DNA of 64,000 nt, from positions 434,001 through 498,000 of the forward strand of contig NIVC01000175.1 in assembly GCA_002269645.1 (NCBI GenBank). The letters are read 5' to 3'. A program made the translations under genes and the position numbers. Below, in pieces: positions 62,501 through 64,000 of this stretch. Positions within the stretch are counted from its first letter, which is position 1, and every line of letters begins with the position of its first letter. The stretch is from Macrostomum lignano (Eukaryota). Below the pieces are notes generated by a model. The model had not been told where the DNA came from, did no database searches, and saw only the letters and a list, made by a program, of their open reading frames with translations.

Positions 62501-64000
62501 TAAGAATCACCCCATTCCCTATGAGAATCACCCCATTCCCTATAAGAATCACCCCATTCACTATGAAAATCGCCCCATTCCCTATGAGAATCACCCCATT
62601 CCCTATGAGAATCGCCCCATTCCCTATGAGAATCTCCCCATTCCCTATGAGAATCACCCCATTCCCTATAAGAATCACCCCATTCCCTATGAGAATCGCC
62701 CCATTCCCTATGAGAATCACCCCATTCCCTATGAGAATCGCCCCATTCCCTATGAAAATCGCCCCATTCCCTATGAGAATCGCCCCATTCCCTATAAGAA
62801 TCACCCCATTCCCTATGAGAATCGCCCCATTCCCTATAAGAATCACCCCATTCCCTATGAGAATCGCCCCATTCCCTATAAGAATCACCCCATTCCCTAT
62901 GAGAATCGCCCCATTCCCTATAAGAATCACCCCATTCCCTATGAGAATCGCCCCATTCCCTATAAGAATCTCCCCATTCCCTATGAGAATCGCCCCATTC
63001 CCTATGAGAATCGCCCCATTCCCTATGAGAATCGCCCCATTCCCTATAAGAATCACCCCATTCCCTATAAGAATCACCCCATTCCCTATAAGAATCACCC
63101 CATTCCCTATGAGAATCGCCCCATTCCCTATGAAAATCGCCCCATTCCCTATGAGAATCGCCCCATTCTCTATGAGAATCACCCCATTCCCTATAAGAAT
63201 CACCCCATTCCCTATAAGAATCACCCCATTCCCTATAAGAATCACCCCATTCCCTATAAGAATCACCCCATTCCCTATGAGAATCGCCCCATTCCCTATG
63301 AGAATCGCCCCATTCCCTATAAGAATCACCCCATTCCCTATGAAAATCGCCCCATTCCCTATAAGAATCGCCCCATTCCCTATGAGAATCGCCCCATTCC
63401 CTATGAAAATCGCCCCATTCCCTATAAGAATCACCCCATTCCCTATGCGAATCGCCCCATTCCCTATGAGAATCGCCCCATTCCCTATGAGAATCGCCCC
63501 ATTCCCTATGAGAATCGCCCCATTCCCTATGAGAATCACCCCATTCCCTATGAGAATCGCCCCATTCCCTATGAGAATCGCCCCATTCCCTATGAAAATC
63601 GCCCCATTCCCTATAAGAATCACCCCATTCCCTATGAGAATCGCCCCATTCCCTATGAGAATCGCCCCATTCCCTATGAGAATCTCCCCATTCCCTATGA
63701 GAATCGCCCCATTCCCTATGAGAATCGCCCCATTCCCTATGAGAATCGCCCCATTCCCTATGAGAATCGCCCCATTCCGCGCACTCGCAGAAGACAGTTG
63801 TCACTCCCGGCGTGTTCGGCTGCACTCTGGAAGATCTGATGCTTCAGCAGCGTCAGCGCGGCTTCCCCGAACTTGAGCAGCCGTGGATTCTGACCGTGCT
63901 CACCGAGGACACCATCAGGCTGGGCGGTCAACTCACCGAAGGGATATTTCGCAATCCCGGGGATTTCGACGCGTTAAACGTTGCCAGGACTCAGCTGGAG
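47518..64000 (+). CDS. ARHGAP39: ARHGAP39/Vilse-like RhoGAP (WW-WW ... MyTH4 - RhoGAP), partial and multi-exon
   Basis: Exon 47518-47758: [24 protein letters not shown]...QWWEFYD...[15 protein letters not shown]...DIIPLA (tandem WW). Probable small phase-0 exons at 48522-48584 and 50072-50167. Exon 60848-61858 encodes MyTH4 ([17 protein letters not shown]...[15 protein letters not shown]). Exon 63791 to the window end encodes RhoGAP (FGCTLEDLM...EGIFRNPG). Further exons between 50168 and 60847 and the start exon were not identified. Confidence 0.88.
47925..48380. repeat. 33-bp intronic minisatellite (GATCGTTGCTATGGGATTTCTGTCTCTAATGAG-like)
   Basis: Direct reading; explains the [11 protein letters not shown] pseudo-ORF. 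Confidence 0.9.
48880..49930. repeat. 19-bp intronic minisatellite (TGAGGATTGATGGATTTTG)
   Basis: Homogeneous core at about 49230-49820 with degenerate flanks. Confidence 0.9.
50265..50572. repeat. 23-bp intronic minisatellite (GATGTCAGATGGCGCTGATTAGG)
   Basis: Direct reading. Confidence 0.88.
50888..51245. repeat. 26-bp intronic minisatellite (GGATCTGGGGGTATTTAGACACTGTA)
   Basis: Direct reading. Confidence 0.88.
52075..52220. repeat. (GTCT)n microsatellite
   Basis: Direct reading. Confidence 0.92.
52921..53215 (+). mobile_element. tRNA-derived SINE with a CORE-like domain and 13-bp TSD
   Basis: A box TAGCCTAGTGG (52932-52942) and B box GGTTCGATTC (52976-52985). The segment TGTGTCCCTGAGCAAGACACTTAAC...CTGTAAAATGGG resembles the MIR/CORE domain. 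A-tail at 53208-53216. TSD ATTTAGGATTTAT at 52908-52920 and 53216-53228. Confidence 0.85.
53812..54290. repeat. 16-bp intronic minisatellite (GTTTGTGAAGTTTGGG)
   Basis: Direct reading. Confidence 0.9.
54990..57440. repeat. Compound (GTCT)n and polypyrimidine (CT-rich) low-complexity block
   Basis: (GTCT)n at 55193-55790; CT-rich tracts at 54990-55190, 55790-56385 and 56830-57440. Confidence 0.92.
58497..59245. repeat. (GTCT)n microsatellite with interspersed TTAGT variants
   Basis: Direct reading. Confidence 0.92.
60138..60668. repeat. 28/31-bp intronic minisatellite (CAGCCTCCCAGATCCTCAGTTGCTGGGC)
   Basis: Direct reading. Confidence 0.9.
61935..63778. repeat. 21-bp intronic minisatellite (GAGAATCGCCCCATTCCCTAT), about 88 copies
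   Basis: Fills almost the whole intron 61859-63790 between the MyTH4 and RhoGAP exons. Confidence 0.95.

Noticed and set aside
61833-63876. Long ORFs of 589-668 aa (ENRPIPY, RIAPFPM, GNGAILI, EWGDSHR repeats)
   Set aside because: Artefacts of a 21-bp monomer lacking stops; they lie within a well-defined intron.

Overview
Animal (invertebrate) genomic DNA: spliceosomal genes, TTAGGG-type repeats and heavy repeat load. The organism cannot be established from sequence alone. Host genes: a class A GPCR (minus strand, runs off the window start, missed by the ORF track), a coiled-coil + NHL-repeat gene head-to-head with an intronless phospholipase B-like 1 (PLBD1) gene, and part of an ARHGAP39/Vilse-like gene (WW-WW...MyTH4-RhoGAP) whose introns are filled with unrelated minisatellites and a tRNA-derived CORE-SINE. 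The main structure is a 28-kb block (9342-37372, minus strand) of five Helitrons joined head-to-tail at exact CTAG|TC junctions inside one A|T target. One unit is an almost intact autonomous element whose ~1,730-aa STPR-OTU-zinc finger-Rep-PIF1 gene is split by 8 introns. The other four are non-autonomous, belong to two subfamilies, and are filled with homologous but distinct 23-bp satellites. Next to the block are a very recent, compact Gypsy LTR retrotransposon (LTRs identical by eye, CAAGG target duplication) inserted in a 30-bp minisatellite, and a decayed mariner. TA-flanked CGAG/CTCG micro-insertions that look like mariner excision footprints are scattered across the window. All coordinates were read by eye and no database searches were run.
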